IMG/VR virus record: IMGVR_UViG_3300048849_000180 | Location: 1 to 55,816 of that record | From: a virus | Lineage: Duplodnaviria > Caudoviricetes | Strand: one strand, 5' to 3' | DNA length: 55,816 nt | In this document: piece after piece, positions 55,256 to 55,816 of the stretch | How positions within the stretch are numbered: the stretch's first letter is position 1 | Layout of the letters: each line of letters starts with the position of its first letter | Made by a program: the position numbers and the translations under genes | Notes under the pieces: model-generated | Seen by the model: only the letters and a program-made list of their open reading frames with translations | Told to the model about the DNA's origin: nothing | The model's database searches: none

Positions 55256-55816
55256 ATGAAAAAACACTTATTAACGGTCTCTTTCCTAATTATAGTTTTA
55301 GGATCGTACGCACAATCTTTCAAGGAAGATCCAAGTTATATAAAGCAAGCACCGAATGCCAAAGGATATATGCTGGATACTGTATCTTCATCAAAATTAA
55401 CCAAGCAGCAATTATATAGTAACGCACTTAACTATATAAGTAATTCCTCGAAGGATATTAGAAATGTAGTCGAGATGAAAGATGTTGAGTTGGGCGAGAT
55501 ATCTTATAAAGGAAATACATTTACAAACGTCAGCGTCTCGGATACCACTAAAAAAGGCAAGATCACTTCTCATTACGAAACGATAAGGTTAATGTTTAGA
55601 TGTAAGATATATTTGAAAGACAACAAGTTTAAGATAGTGTTGAATTCTTTGGAAAAACCTTTCATGGCACTGATGTCCGGCGGTATTACCGTACCTGTAG
55701 ATCCTTACTATAAAGGTGTAGGTGCACACGAATACAAGGTTGCCTCAGAACTAGCATTGTCAATGATTAAACAAATAGCTGCCGCCCTTAATCAATCCCC
55801 TGAAAACGACTTCTAA
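55256..55816 (+). CDS. Secreted DUF4468-like protein, probably co-transcribed with cI
   Basis: Signal peptide; QLYSNALNY...D.ELGEI..KG...I.LKDNKFKI. Confidence 0.65.
   Translation: MKKHLLTVSFLIIVLGSYAQSFKEDPSYIKQAPNAKGYMLDTVSSSKLTKQQLYSNALNYISNSSKDIRNVVEMKDVELGEISYKGNTFTNVSVSDTTKKGKITSHYETIRLMFRCKIYLKDNKFKIVLNSLEKPFMALMSGGITVPVDPYYKGVGAHEYKVASELALSMIKQIAAALNQSPENDF

Larger units (their letters stand above)
1..55816. mobile_element. Temperate siphovirus-like prophage (Bacteroidota host), possibly partly defective
   Basis: Full module set: integrase, lysis, tail with tape measure, capsid, portal, terminase, replication, recombination, cI-like repressor. att sites not identified in the window. 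Confidence 0.95.

Noticed and set aside
1-55816. CRISPR array, tRNA/rRNA genes, diversity-generating retroelement, att sites
   Set aside because: No spaced direct repeats, cloverleafs, reverse transcriptase or terminal direct repeats recognised by eye.

Overview
A near-complete temperate siphovirus-type prophage of a Bacteroidota host. The host is inferred from TAnnTTTG promoters, AT-rich starts without Shine-Dalgarno sequences and the protein families; it may be Sphingobacteriaceae-like. Layout: integrase (+) and a moron, then on the minus strand lysis, tail, head, packaging, an accessory region, replication/recombination and cro-side genes, then a cI-like repressor (+). The most striking non-coding signal is a regulatory system. 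Three sequence-divergent structured RNA leaders (about 31.2, 35.7 and 39.6 kb) share one architecture: a 5' segment, an invariant AAGACAUUC, then a long hairpin whose loop is complementary to the 5' segment. Each lies just downstream of a palindromic AATATG-N9-CATATT box, which occurs at 7 dispersed sites upstream of minus-strand genes or RNAs. Other highlights: two GH10 glycoside hydrolases with intact catalytic motifs in the tail/lysis module; a -1 frameshifted tail chaperone whose extension carries a Cys-rich zinc-finger-like motif; RNase H inside the RecET-like module; a PcfK/PcfJ/SNF2/DndC-like cluster; and several nonsense or frameshift lesions suggesting early decay. All calls come from reading the sequence and recognising motifs; no database searches were run.
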